Origin: Sphyrna mokarran
Taxonomy: Eukaryota
NCBI GenBank assembly: GCA_024679065.1
Contig: JAGIQG010000040.1
Span: forward strand, 5,580,001-5,644,000
DNA: 64,000 nucleotides
Reading direction: 5' to 3'
Shown: positions 24,900 through 37,989 of the stretch, one piece after another
Numbering within the stretch: the first letter of the stretch is position 1
Layout: every line of letters starts with the position of its first letter
Made by a program: the position numbers and the translations under genes
Notes under the pieces: generated by a model
The model's database searches: none
Told to the model about the DNA's origin: nothing
Seen by the model: the letters and a program-made list of their open reading frames with translations, nothing else

Positions 24900-26240
24900 C
24901 GTTTTGGCCTCAACGACTTTCCTGTGGTCGTGAATGCTGTGACTTCGCTACTCTCTGGGTGAAGAAATCTCAGCTCACTTCAGTTCCAAAATGACTTTCA
25001 AACTCCCACTCTTAATTCTGGACTCCCCCGTCATTGGGAAAATTCTTTCTGGATCTATTCTGTCTAATCCCCGAGAGAGAGAGCACAGGGAAGATTTAAC
25101 AGGCTGATTTCTGGGATGGCAGGTTTGTCATATGAAGAGCGACTAAATCGGTTAGGGTTGTATTCACTGGAATTTCGAAGTCTGAGAGAGGATATCATAG
25201 AGACTATCAAAATCCTAAGAGGGTTAAGCAGTGTAGATTCAGAAAGAATGTTCCGAGTGATGAAGGAGTCCAGAAATCGACATGATAGCAAAGTGGTTAG
25301 CACGGTTTGTGTGGAGTTTGCACATTCTCCTCGTCAGTGTGGATTTCCTCCGGGTGCTCCGGTTTCCTCCTACAATCCAAAGATGTGTGGGTTATGTTGA
25401 TTGGCCATACTAAAAACGTTGCGCTTAATGTCCTAAAATGTGTTGGTTAGAGGGATTAGTGGGCAAATATTAGGGATATTGGGGTAGGGCCTGGGTGGGA
25501 TTGTAGTCGATGCAGACTCGATGGGCCGAAAAGCCTTTTTGTGTACTGTAGGGTTTCTATGATTCTAACTAGGGATCATAGTTGGAGAAAAAATGGGGTA
25601 AGCCTATTAGAACTGAGGTAGGAAGAAATTTCTTCAGCTAAAGGGTGGTGAATGTGTAGAATTCACTAACACTGAATGTATTTGAGGCCAAAACGTTTTC
25701 TGATTTCAAGAAGAAATTAGATATAGCTTTTGGGACTGAAGGGATCAAAGTATATGAGAGGAAACGTGAATCAGGATATTAAATTTGATGATCAACCATA
25801 TTCAAAATGAATGGCGGAGCAGGCTCCAAGGGCTGAATGGCGCATTCCTGCTTCTATCTGTTTATGTAATCCTCCTGGAATATTATTAGTGTCTATGAGA
25901 TCTCCTCTCACTCTTTTGAACTTTAATATATATAATTCTAACTGATTTATTCTCTATTGAAAAGACAAAACTAACATCCCGAGAAACAGCCTGGTAAAAT
26001 TTCTCTGCAATCCTTCTGTAGCAAGGACATCGGATGAGGATGTCAAACCTACATACAATACTCCAGGTGTGGCCCCAACAATGCCCGATAGAATTGCAGC
26101 AAAACCTCCCCTATTCCTATACTCAAATCCTCTTGCTATGAAGGTTAGCATATCATTTGTCTTCTTTATTGTCTGCTGTAACTGCACGTTTTCTTTCAGC
26201 GACTCACGCGCGAGGATATCAGGCTCTCGCTGAGTATCCA
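24900..26240. mobile_element. Nested CR1 fragments (both strands) with an inserted SINE
   Basis: + strand GLSYEERLNRLGLYSLEFR (25116) and - strand TFIARGFEYRN (26250-25954). SINE at ~25290-25570. Confidence 0.75.
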
Positions 26241-26255
26241 TCTCGCTCATGTTCT

Positions 26256-26432
26256 ATCACTTTGGGAGGATAACAAACTTTAAGCCCAAATTTTGAGATC
26301 GAACTTTAGTATAACTACTAAGATCACTAACGTAATGATTAACCAAGTCTTCATCTCCGACACTGCTGTGTATTTCAATGTCATGAGTCCCGACACAGCT
26401 GCAGAGATGTAACGGGTCCCAGTCAAAATTCC
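26256..26432 (+). pseudogene. 3' relic of a V segment with degenerate RSS
   Basis: Translates ...VMINQVFISDTAVYFNVMSP, then CACAGCT (26394), ~22-23 nt, (T)CAAAATTCC. The 5' part is replaced by CR1. Confidence 0.55.
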
Positions 26433-28399
26433 ACAGCGACAATTCCAGAGACTAAGCAGCAGAGGGCGCTCTCACACTGGTGAAGAACAGCAATAATTCA
26501 CTCAGCGGTGTGAGAGCCAGAAGGATCTTCCTCAACCTGCAAATAATACAAAACACAACAATAGATTGTGAGGTCCACTCGTAGATCTGTATTATTTTAT
26601 GATTTCAATTCGCAACATATTAAAAATAGACTCCACAAGTACATCAGTGGAACCTTAATTGTTTATATGTTAATTGTCCTTGCTCCTTTCCATTTATTTC
26701 CCCACTCTTTCCCTTCCTGCCTTCAGTTTCCAGTTTTCACCTGTAATTGCTATACTTTTTACCAATATTTACTTCAACGATTCAGAACTTTATTTTCTGC
26801 TCGGCATCTTAAATCATTCCGACAAAATTCCACTGAGCCACAAACTAAACTGTCAAGCGAGACCAATGAATAACCAAAGATTCTCTCCCCTTCTGTCCAC
26901 CGCCATTGGAACATTTCTCCGAATAAGCAGCAATGGCGGCACGTGGCACTGCTGCCTCACAGCGCCAGGGTCTCTGGTCACTGCCTGTGTGGAGTTCGCA
27001 CGTTCTCGTCTGGGTGCTCCGGTTTCCTCCCACAGTCCAAAGTTAGGTTGATTGGCCACACTAAATTGCACCTAAGTGTTGGGGAGACTAGTAGGGGCTA
27101 TCGGGACTGGGCCTCGATATGATTGCGAAGAATGCAGACTTGATGGGCCAAATAGCTTCCTTCTGCATTGTTTGCAATGATAATTTAAATGATTGAATCC
27201 AATTTGCTTAAATGTTTTGAAGAAGATATAGTGATTAATAATCAATACAAAAACACCCGCATTGTAGCAGGATTGGAGCCTGATATTGGTCAGAGACTAG
27301 AGCGAGTGAGAGAAGGTGTGTCTGATGTGGAACAGGATATGAAAATGTGAATGAAAATGCATTGTGAGAGCTGCTTTCTGAATTATTACACTGTAATCAT
27401 TTGAACACTATGTTCATTTCTTTGATGAATGGAAGTGATGCTGAAAAGATTTTCCTGGCCGACTGGTACTGAATTGTATATAATGAGGACAATCTTTACA
27501 TATCCTCAGGGGACTTTTTAGCTGCTGTCTGAACTTTGCTCTCGTATTTTGAACACATGATTGCCGAGTTACTAGAAGCGCTGACATTATTATCCCTTAA
27601 ACAAATTCCAAACTCCGAGGGTGGCGGTTCATTGAATACACGATAACTAACCCGATTGAAGTTAGTAATTCTAAACAGAGTGTCATTGAGAGACCCTACA
27701 TTAGTGGAAATGTTTATACTTCAAGATTGTTCCACGGAATGTTCATTGACACCCAGTACCTTTGCTCCAAAGCGGCAGGTATAATTTTTAAGCATATCGT
27801 CACAAACACAAGTCCCTTCCTTTGAACTATGTTGAGAAAGATTCCATAACTGATTATCAGACCCGCTGAACGGCGGGAGGACCGCTCCTTCCTTCAGTAA
27901 CAAATGTTCGCTTTATCCTTGAATTGGGAGTTTCCCTTCGAACGGCAGGGACGCTGGCAATGTGGTGAGTCAATCAGCCACTCCGACATAAAATGCAATA
28001 ACTGTTCAATAATTGTCTCAGTGTTGCATGAGGGAAATCTCGCAGTCATGTCTGAGACACTCCCCCGATGGTGAATGATCCTGAATGAATCAAATCCTGG
28101 AGCAAGCCTGAGTTTGACGGTCACAATAATCAGAATCGGGTTTCACTGTCACCATCTGCTGTGTAAAACGGAAATATTCCTTCCGTAAAGCACGGACTGT
28201 TCCCCGGCTCTGAGTGTTTCCAATCATTGACAGCCAGCCATTGGCATTCAGCTCAGCAGCCTGCCTATTCTCAATGTCACTGGGAAATATCAGGAAGTGA
28301 AATGAAAACATCCTGAGACTCACAGCAGATTAATGAAGGCGGGGTTTACAACATGTCTTCAAAATCCCCAACTCCTCTTCTACAGAGCAGACAGAGACA

Positions 28400-28865
28400 A
28401 TGCGGCTGCTCAGCATCTGGGTTGTGTGGGCAATATTTCTGACAGGTAAATGTGGACCAAACACATTTCAACTTGGATTTTTTACATTTTTCAAATATGG
28501 TGTAAAACAAAATTTTCTACAGTCGCCCGATCAGATTTTTTTAATATTTGTTTCTCAGATGTGATTCATGGAGATTGTGTCACTCAGTCACTTTCCACAG
28601 ATGTTGGGATAGAAGGAGAAGAGGTGACTTTAAATTGTAAATATGATACTGAACAGAGCTCATACTATCTATACTGGTACCGGCAGCACCCAGACTCACA
28701 GCCTGAGTTTATATTGAGGAAATATTCGGGAGGCGGTGAAGATAAAGCCGATTTTGCCAAAAGCAGTTTCGATTTTGAGCTCCAGACAGAGAATAAATTC
28801 ACCAGTTTAACTGTCCGGGGTGTGAAGTTGGCTGACGCCGCCGTGTATTACTGCGCTTTCAGTCT
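28400..28865 (+). CDS. TRAV: TCR alpha/delta V segment, apparently functional (leader 28400-28445, V exon 28559-28865)
   Basis: Leader MRLLSIWVVWAIFLT, phase-1 intron, DVIHG|DCVTQ...LNCKY...WYRQHPDSQPEFIL...DAAVYYCAFS. Confidence 0.92.
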
Positions 28866-28904
28866 CACAGTGACAGAAAACAAGCTCAGCCCCGTACAAA
28901 AACT
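28866..28904 (+). other. 23-RSS
   Basis: CACAGTG, 23 nt, ACAAAAACT. Confidence 0.95.
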
Positions 28905-30443
28905 GTCCTTTTTTTACTGCAGAATGTAGCTGCTATCTGTTGTCACTTGTGTAAAATCGCGGTCGATGTAACCACAATGCACAGAGAAAGGAAACCAAAG
29001 CAACTCCGAATGAAACTGTTCCCAGGAACAACTACACAAACAAACTGTCGGTTTCAATCCGACAAACAAATCAGCTCAGAGTCATGTTTGAAGATATCCA
29101 TTCTAATCCCTTTCGTAATTTGTTTTATGCCCTAGGGATGTTTTCTCCCCGCTTCCGGATGTGTCCCTGGTTCTGTGTGACCAGTTGGTGGCAATCTCGG
29201 ACTGACTCGGAAGAAAAGGGTCTGAACCCCGTTACAGTCAGAGCCTTCATAGGGGTATGGCGGCACTTTTAGAGGCTGAGGGAGGAGGAAGAGGTGGTCG
29301 GGGAATATAATCCTGGTCTGCAGATTACAATAAGAAACATGTGGATTGTTAGTTCTGACAGGGACCGCGTCAAACTTTTGGAAACATTCTGAAGAACAGT
29401 GGGCACAAAATCTACTTGGGGTTGGTTTAAAGATCACAGTTAACGCTTTGCGAAATCTATTCAATGTGTATAAGTTTCCTCTGATTCGGCAACGCATTTT
29501 GTTAAATAAACTGTGTGAACAGGCCGCGGTCAAAGACCCCAGAAAATTGGGAGGGGATATGGAGAGAAGGTTGTTCAATGTTACAGTCACGGAAAACACA
29601 TTGAAAGAAAAAAAGTACATTGAAGTAATAAAATAGATTTATGGAAGTTGCTCTCAATATAACTACGTTGGAGTTAATTAATACCATTGCACAAATGTTC
29701 TTGACGTTTTAGTTTTGAGACTGCCGGTGACTCAGACTTCCGAGAAGGAACTTTTGATTTTGTTTAACAATGCGAGAGCTGTTTGGAACTCCCAGTGTGG
29801 GATTTTAGTCCTGAATCTGTTACTTCTGTGTAGCACAGAAATGCAGTATCAGAGAAAACATCTTCCGTGGTATTTCACGGGACCGTTTTGTTTATTTTGT
29901 GAACATCAGCAGAGATCTTGTCTTGTACGTTTGGAGGCATTTTTCAGCCCTCAGAAACGGAGATTCTGGAGAATGTATCGACAAGATAGATCCCATTAAC
30001 GCCGAACAGAGGAGTTAAATGTAGGCCCTCTTGAATTGAACAATTGCATGCAACCCTTTAACGTTTATTTGGTAAACCGACCTTTTTAACATGCACTAAA
30101 TTTGGAAGTTTCACCTATTCACTTCCGTGATATTTCCCCACTCTGTTTGATATGTCACTATCACAGGAAAAATATTAGATCATCTTCCCAATTGACCCTC
30201 GTCTCAAACTCAGTCTGATTAATGACAGTGACTTAAATACACCGAACAGCTTCATCCACATTCAACACTTGCAATTCCTTCTTCAAGCCGATTTCTTTCA
30301 GGTCAATTGAAGGTAAAAAATATCTCTTAGCTTAATTAGGATCAACCTAGCTGTGTTTACCCGTCTCGCTCTGAACAGCAGAGTGTATCGTCAATGTCTC
30401 AGTTCTCTGTAATCAACAATTGTGTTGTGTTGAACAAAGTCAA

Positions 30444-30460
30444 TGACGTCAGACCAATCA
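30444..30460 (+). promoter_or_regulatory. CRE palindrome and CCAAT box in the V promoter
   Basis: TGACGTCA then GACCAATCA, ~150 bp upstream of the leader ATG at 30605. CRE-like elements are typical of TCR V promoters. Confidence 0.65.
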
Positions 30461-30604
30461 GATCCAGTGATTTCAGCTCTTCCTTCTATACGCCCTGTAG
30501 GAAATGAGGTCAGACCAGCCTCAGCCAATGGTCTCAGCCTTATCTTGATAGATATTCTGAGCTTTTGGAGATACAAGAGTCCCTGAAATCCAGGAACAGC
30601 AGCA

Positions 30605-31840
30605 ATGCGGCGCTCGGTCCTCACTGTGATCTGGGTGACATTCATTGTCGGTAAGTTTAACTCTTTAAAGAGGAGTGTAACTTCTATAGGAATGCATTTG
30701 AAAAGCAGAGCGCTCCACTTAATCAGACATTGACCATAGAGCACTTGAGTCTTTGCTCTTGGCTTTTCCTTACAAGAATATCAGTTGGCAAAACTCACAG
30801 CAAACCTGATACCAGAATTAGGAGATGGTAGCTATCACAATTCAATCTAAATATTATGGTTAATTTATCTTCTGGCAGAAGATTAAAGAGTAACCTGATT
30901 GATGTATTTCTAATGATGAAGAGGTTCAGTACTGTGGACGGCGAAAGGATGATTCCACTCGGGGAGGATTCCGAATCCATTTCCCAAAAATCTGAGTGAA
31001 ACCAAAAGATCAACTAAAGATTACAACGAATCTCCTTTCGAGGGGGTTCTGTAGAAAGTGACCCACATTAACACAATGAACACTTGAAGAGAGGAATAAA
31101 GACACAGTTGGGATGGGGAAAGATTAGCCGCTGAGGGGGAAAGGGACAGAGGCATTGAGATGGCGGATTCTTCTGGGGATTCTGAACGGTAGATCAGTTG
31201 GGGCGAATTTGTTATTATTTGGTGTCTATTTTTATGTTACATCGTCTGCGAATTTTCACCCTCAGTTCATAGAACATAGAACATTACAGCACAGAACAGG
31301 CCCTTCGGCCTTCGATGTTGCGCCGACCAATATAAAAAGCAATGCCCCTCCAAACTAAACATTTCCCTTCTCTTCCATATACTTATCAACTAACCTCTTA
31401 AACGCCACCAAACTTGGCGCATCTACAACTGCTGCAGGCAGGGCATTCCACTCCCGAACCACCCTTTGGGTAAAGAACCTGCTACCTTTGGGTAAAGTTC
31501 AGCTGAATGTTTTTTATTTCTTTTACCCTGTGTTCCAGATCTGAGCAATGGAGATTCTGTTACTCAGCAGGAATCCTCACTCACACGGACAGAGGGAGAA
31601 AATGTCACTTTAAGCTGCACCTATACCGACGATGCAAATTATTTATTCTGGTACCGTCAATACCCGGACAGACAGCCCGAGTTTGAGGTCCGGAGACATT
31701 CGGGCGGCCGTTCTGAACTGAAAGCGGATTTCGCTCAGATCCGGTTTTCTGATACAATCGAGAATTCAGAAAAGTTGTACCGATTGGCCATCTCGAAGCT
31801 GCTGCTGTCTGACACCGCGGTCTATTACTGTGCAGAGTCT
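30605..31840 (+). CDS. TRAV: TCR alpha/delta V segment, apparently functional (leader 30605-30650, V exon 31539-31840); missed by the ORF track
   Basis: Leader MRRSVLTVIWVTFIV|gtaagt. Exon DLSNG|DSVTQQESSLTRTEGENVTLSCTYTDDANYLFWYRQYPDRQPEFEVRRHSGGRSELKADFAQIRFSDTIENSEKLYRLAISKLLLSDTAVYYCAES has no stops. Confidence 0.92.
31270..31495 (-). mobile_element. Short young CR1 3' end inserted in the V intron
   Basis: Near-identical to 41101-41310, with a putative AGTTCA TSD. Confidence 0.85.
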
Positions 31841-31879
31841 CACAGTGATGAAAAGGAGTGAAATCCTCGTACAAAAACT
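31841..31879 (+). other. 23-RSS
   Basis: CACAGTG, 23 nt, ACAAAAACT. Confidence 0.95.
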
Positions 31880-33777
31880 GCCGCAGGTTTCTGGGTAACA
31901 GCTGCTGTCTGCTGGGTGCCGTTTATAACAGCGGCTCTGAAATTGGCGCGTCAATGTATTCCCGTGAACACAAACCCCGAGAACCATCCACACAAACACC
32001 TTTCAAAACCGTTCACATGGAAGGAAGATTCCTGCTGATTCTCAGATTCGCTGTACGGGGGAAGAATTGGCTGCTCTTTATTTGGGGGTCACTCGGCACT
32101 AACATTGAAAATACAAGTGAAGTTTCATTCAATAGTGTAAACTGAAACCTGCCAGCTGGGGCAAATCCCAATAACTAACCGCAACTAAACACCTGTCATT
32201 TAAATTCACTTACAGACTGTGAATTATTAACATGAGGAATACAAAAGGATTGTTCCAGTCATGATTAGGAGCTGATAAACAATGATTAATAGAGTAAATG
32301 ATTTAAAACGGAAGAATTGGGATGGCCTCAGCACTGGAACAGATGATATGAAAACGGGCTAAATACAGAAGCCGGATTGAAAAGAGCTTCAGAAAGTTTG
32401 CTAAAATCTCCAGAAGCGCTCTGGGAAATCGAAACACACCAGAGAAGTCATTATGCCCATAAAAGTATGTTCCTTTTCCTGCAGTTCCTTCTGTGTTATT
32501 TACTGTTTAATTCAATTAAAATGTTTCTTGTCATTGAGCTCAAGATTTGGACACAGATCTGCGAAATATTTATCTCAATAGAAACAATAAAATTTACTCA
32601 ATTAAAAAACCATCTCCGAACCCGCATCACTATTTCTATTGTCAGTGCTTTGGAGCCTCTTCTCTTCTGTTCTTTACATGTGATATTTCCAATTCAGACG
32701 CAGAAGAGGAAATCTCTCTGATACTGATTCGGAGAAGACCTGTGGTGACCAGGAAGTCACGCAGTATCGTTACACAGCAATAAGTCGAAATTCCCTGACC
32801 AGGGTCACGGCAATCATGTTAGCGTTTTTAATCAGTGATTCATTTGGTCATTTTTCAAACCGTTTCTGTCAAACCGTTCAGTGTGATTGGATTGAATCAT
32901 CTCACCTTCACCAGAGTAACTGCGGTGCTGTCGAAAATGCTCCAGAAGAACAGGACGATGAACGTGGAAGCAGTTGCCCAGATACCGCTGTTATCATCTT
33001 CATTGTCTTCAATCCAGATACAGTCGGTGGTGACTAGGGAATGTAGACAAGAAAACAGAATTACATGGTTTTATTTTCCAAGAATTCTTTTTTTTTAGTT
33101 CTCAGTTTGTATGTGTGCATCCTTCAGTTTCATTAAGATTTAGTCTTCCATTCTGTGTATCCGTGTAAATTTCTGGCATTCAGGCTTTGTTTTTAAAGCC
33201 GGATTATTTCATGAGGAAAGGTTGGAGAGACAAGGTTTATATCCACTGGAATTCAGAATAAGAGTAAGTTACTTGATTGATACGTATAAAATATAAAGGT
33301 AGATGTGAAGAGCTTAGTTTCTCTTCTAGATGAATCTATAATTAGATATCACTGTTTCAAAATAGGGATTCATGCAATTAAAATAACACTATACCTCAAC
33401 CTCCTCTAATGTGTGTCTGTATTTATAAATACTCATCTGTAGAATGTCAAATGGTCAAATAACAATAGAAAATGAAACATAAACTCTTTAACTGGTAGCT
33501 GCTCTCTCTCTCTGTCTCTCTTTCGCTGATCAACCTTTCAGTCTGATGGGATTCTGCTGTGTTTTGGCTCAGCCGATCCTGGATTGAACTGGGTGACAGT
33601 TTGATCCGGGGTTAATGTGGTTTCCTCTGGGTGTGTGTCTGAGCGGCTGACAGCGCCGCTGCTCAATCTGGCTGTTACTTTCTGTGGTTCTCTACACAAA
33701 CCTCAACAGACTGGAGCACCCAATGATAGCTGCAAAGCAGTTTTTGTACCGGAGTGAGACTGCTTTCTATCACTGTG

Positions 33778-34349
33778 AGTCTGAAAGCGCAGTAATAGCG
33801 GCCAGAGTCAGTCAGCTGGAGGCTCGAGATGGTTAAAATAGTTAATTTAGCCGCGGTCTGGAGATCAGCAGAGAAACGAGATCCAAAACCATCTCCTCTG
33901 ACTTCTTCCTCTGTATTCCAGGACGTTTTCCGTGTAATGAACTGTAAATCCTTCTGTGGCTGCTGTCTGCACCAATATAAGACATAGCCACTTGCTGTAG
34001 TGCTGTAGGTACATCGAATAGTCACCGTTTCACCTTCTCTCCTCTCTAAAAACTGCGGCTGAGAAACAGAATCTCCATCACTCGGATCTGTAACGTGTTC
34101 AAGAAGGAAAAGAAAGAATGATGTGTTGGATGTGCTGTTGAAATGATTTTAACACTTTACAATCCAAGTGACATAACCGGAGTTACAAAATTAAAACAAA
34201 TAAAGGCGGAATTATTCAGCATCGACAGGAAACATCACTGGAGAGAAGCAGAGTTAATGTTTCATATTAAGGTAACATTTAACCATATTGGAGTCCTGCT
34301 TACCGATAAGAAACAGCCCGAACACAATGCAGACGGTGAGGAACTCCAT
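33778..34349 (-). CDS. TRAV: TCR alpha/delta V segment, family A copy 1 (leader 34349-34304, V exon 34087-33778)
   Basis: gccgccATGG Kozak, leader MEFLTVCIVFGLFLI, DSVSQPQ...IRCTY...WCRQ...DSGRYYCAFR. 23-RSS at 33777-33739. Confidence 0.9.
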
Positions 34350-34420
34350 GGCGGCTGCAGAGCCCGGGGCTGTGACTGCCTTTAAAAATCCAAACACTGC
34401 CGGAACAGAATCTGTTTTTA

Positions 34421-34456
34421 ACGTCACTTCCTGATTTCAAAGTACCCGTCCAATCA
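34421..34456 (-). promoter_or_regulatory. ETS-CRE composite (GGAAGTGACGT) and CCAAT in the family A V promoter
   Basis: ~75 bp upstream of the ATG. The TGACGT core is conserved in the three paralogues (~40486, ~46865, ~51774). Confidence 0.6.
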
Positions 34457-35859
34457 AACAATCTGAAATCTTCCCGTCATAGATGAAGGTAAGATTTAAA
34501 TGAGTTTCAGTGATGGGCTGAAGCTCTTTAACCAACTGTATTAAATGTCTGAAAGTGGAGGGAGTCACTGAATGAGTGGAGTGTGTGGTGTGAGGGAAGA
34601 ATCAGCTTTGCTGACAAGACCATAAGATATAGGAGCAGAGTTAGGCCATTCGGCCCATCGCGTCCATTGCACCATTCAATCATGGCCGAAATGTTTAGAA
34701 TTCCTACAGAATCATAGAATCTGTACAGGACCATATTTCCCTGTTGCAGAAGGACACAAAGTGTGTCTGTGTCGGGAATATAGAGCGGTTCTATTTGATT
34801 CGGGTGATTGCAAACCTCCACCTTTTCAGGTGGCAGCTAACTTTTCTGAACAAATGCAAAGAAATACTGCAGGCGTTTAAATTCAGGGCTTTCGATGTCT
34901 TTATTCAACTCAATTCCTTGCCTTGATGTTGTTCTAATTGTTGTCACTCACACCCAGTTACTGGTTTGAAATGAGTCATATTGGACTCGGTACCTCGACT
35001 CTGTGTCTTGCTACAACATTTGCTGCAAGACCTGCTGAGAACACCCAGCACTTTCTGCTTTTATTATAACGTGTGTTACTCGCTTTAACATACCCATGAA
35101 CAGAATAAATAAGCGGAAGAGTAGACCACTCTGCCCATCTGGGCCTGTTCCACCAGTCAATGCCATCATGGTTGATGTGGGGCTACAACTCCGTTTTTCC
35201 ATTAGCTCACTGCATCCCCGGACTCCCCCAGACGCTACAAACCTGCGCATACCAACCTTCAATTTGCTCGATAATGGTGGAATTTCCAGAACAGCAGAAT
35301 AAATCTCTATGCCTCCACACTATCAAACCTAATCAGAATAACCTAGGTTTAATGTCATCGCGTTTCATTCTTCTAGAATTCGGAAAATTTCGGCCCATTT
35401 TACTCAGCCTCTAAGGGCAAACTCCTCATCCCATGGACCAATCTGGTGAACTTTTTCAGTACCCTTTCCAGCGCAAGCATTTCCTTAATTAAATGTGAAT
35501 TATCATAACTGCACAGAATATTCACCATGTGGTCTTAACAAAATGCTGGAGAACTGCAACGTTATTCTTGTACTCCAGTCTGCTGTCAATCAAAACTAAA
35601 ATGGAACTTCCCTTCCCACCTACTTGCTGCATATGGATGCGAACTTGTCTGAACACACGTATTTTGTTTTGAATATCAACACCTTTTTCACTTTTTCAAA
35701 TATGACATTCTCTTCCTATTTTTACGAAGAAGAAGAAGATATCTAATCATCAAAAATGCATCCGATCTGTGACCTTGCCTACTCGCCAAAGCTGTCTTGT
35801 GGCGCCTCCCAGTGTCTCTACGGCGACACTATAGCAACTCTTAGCTAAATTGTGTCCAC

Positions 35860-35931
35860 GGGCTCGGGCGAGAGTTAAGCCCGCGACCCTGGTTTATAAA
35901 GCCAGGGCCCTGATCACTGAAACATGGAGCC
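35860..35931 (-). pseudogene. tRNA-Thr(TGT)-derived pseudogene
   Basis: Reverse complement GGCTCCATGTTTCAGTGATCAGGGCCCTGGCTTTATAAACCAGGGTCGCGGGCTTAACTCTCGCCCGAGCCC aligns to tRNA-Thr. Degenerate. Confidence 0.6.
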
Positions 35932-36246
35932 ATCAGCTGTGCCAAGGTAAGTGTAGCATTATTAGTAAATTGAGGAATAATATGGATTTTTAGTTTGGAA
36001 ATTATTGATGGATGTGGAAATGTTTGAGATGGAGGCAGGAAGTTAAAAGATGCAACTTAAAAGTGACATAATTTGACATGTCTGTCGTGTGTGTGTCCTG
36101 TGATTTTTCTTCAGAGCGGATTGATGTTTTTATACCTCTGGCTTTTCAAGCTCTGATACAAGTTCATCCAGCTGGAAAATTAACTCCGTTCACAGAAGTT
36201 GTGAGACATGTTTTCATTTAATGAATAATTAAACAAAAAAAATTCA

Positions 36247-36310
36247 TTCCGTTCTTGGAAATCGAACCCGGGGCCCCTGCGCCCAATCCCGATCACTGCA
36301 CCCTTAGGGA
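36247..36310 (-). pseudogene. tRNA-Glu-derived pseudogene (internally deleted)
   Basis: Reverse complement TCCCTAAGGGTGCAGTG...CCCGGGTTCGATTTCC...GGAA. Confidence 0.5.
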
Positions 36311-36682
36311 AACTGATGTGAGGGATTTGGAATGAATTGATCACCTCTGTACTCATTGCTTCATTTCAAATAACTTTCACTAAAGACATGGTCACCATGA
36401 GGAATGATCGAAGCAAAAATTAAGGATTTGAATTTCAGTTATTAAATCCCAGTCTGTCCGCTGGGCCAGGAGTTCAATCTCAATGATTACAATCCTGTTC
36501 TTTACATCGTCTGATAATCAGTCATTCATCCTGTGTTCCCAACAGGAACAACTCCTTCCATACAATCTCCTTTATCCAACAACTGACTGCATTCGTACTG
36601 TCTGTCCTCTTTGTTCTTGCCAAAAACGATCCTGCACTCTTGCGTTCAATTTAATTGCAAGGACCAAGACTCAAATCCTTTC

Positions 36683-36766
36683 TGGTAGAGCGTGGGATTT
36701 GAATCCACGCCTCTACGAAGACTGAGGGCCTTAATTCAACGCCGTAGACCGCTCGGCCGCCATAGC
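36683..36766 (-). pseudogene. tRNA-Leu(AAG) pseudogene
   Basis: Reverse complement ...GGCCGAGCGGTCTACGGCGTTGAATTAAGGC...GAGGCGTGGATTCAAATCCCAC, with a long variable arm and several mismatches. Confidence 0.75.
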
Positions 36767-37989
36767 ACGTTAGACCACGTGGCCTTCATACTATTCACTG
36801 ATAATGTTACTGAAATTCATTTGAAGCAATGGAGCTGGGAAAGGCCATCAGGAGGTTTGAGCCTGCTCGTTGACTGAATCAGGAAATCCTGAAATGACTG
36901 ACAAACGGAAATTATCTCACTCAGAAATACAATGAGCTGCAGTGAAGGACACCTTTTAAACTGCCCTTAAGATAGTTCCTTCCCAATCTCCTGCCAGAAA
37001 TCACAAAAAAAACTCTTCTTGAATTTGCTCAAGGTCTTCACTTCAGAACATGAGGCAAGATTATATTTCATAAGTTCAATCAGGCAATAACTGACAATTG
37101 TTTTCACGGTTTGGATGAGAGCAGTAAATTTTCATTTCCAAACCAGTAATCTAAAGAGCTGCGAAAGAGTCAAACTCTGACCATCTGACCAGCATTTTAC
37201 AGCGTGGTTTAGAATTACTTTATCCACTGTTTTTGTTGCTTTAATTGTCACGCCAGGCCAATTTCACCACAAACAGCTTTCTCCTGCAAATTGGCTTCTT
37301 CTTCAACACCCGTACTGTGTTCTGCCAGTGACACCATATAACGAACATTCCAGTACGATTATCACTTTCACTTCCGATGTTCCAGAACCGGACATAAATA
37401 TTTCCAAATGCTTTTCAATGCAGAGTGAGAGAAAAGTTTCATAATCCAGTGTCAGTGTAAACGGTAAAATCTGACCCATTACCAGACAGATTTTAACTTG
37501 CAAAAGCGTCTCAGATTCTTTCACTCTCTCAGTCTCACTGTGCATCGAAACTGTTCCTTGTTTTGCTCGTTGTTCCCTCTATTCTATCGCTGTCTATCTT
37601 TAACCAAGGTTCACTGGATTTAATCCTGTGATGAAGCGATTGTCCTGGGAGGAGAGATTCAATGGGATGAGTCGATTTCTCTGTAGATTAGAATAATGCA
37701 CACCATGAGACCAGGGAACCCACAATACAGCAGCCGGCTGCAAGTCGTCACTGAAAGCATTTGACTCACTTGCTGTTGCTGCCACATGGAATGAAGAAGG
37801 TCACATGCTTTGAGTGATCATTTGCATCTGGCGACTATGTTCCTGGTTCTGTGGTGTGATGGTGAGAACTCTGGGCTGCCAATGTGGTAATCGGAATTCA
37901 GAACTCGGTGAAAGGTTGTTTTATTTCTGCTCAAGCCGATGATGGTTTTGCTGAAGAGCATTTAATTTTAAATTCTTCGAAAGTGGAAA

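Noticed and set aside
31841-33777. Facing RSSs of convergent V segments as a V-V recombination substrate
   Set aside because: Both have 23-bp spacers, which violates the 12/23 rule.
37504-37760. Possible V relic (- strand CACAGTG at 37542-37536 preceded by DRIEGTTSKTRNSF)
   Set aside because: No recognisable nonamer, WYRQ or YYC motif; too weak to call.
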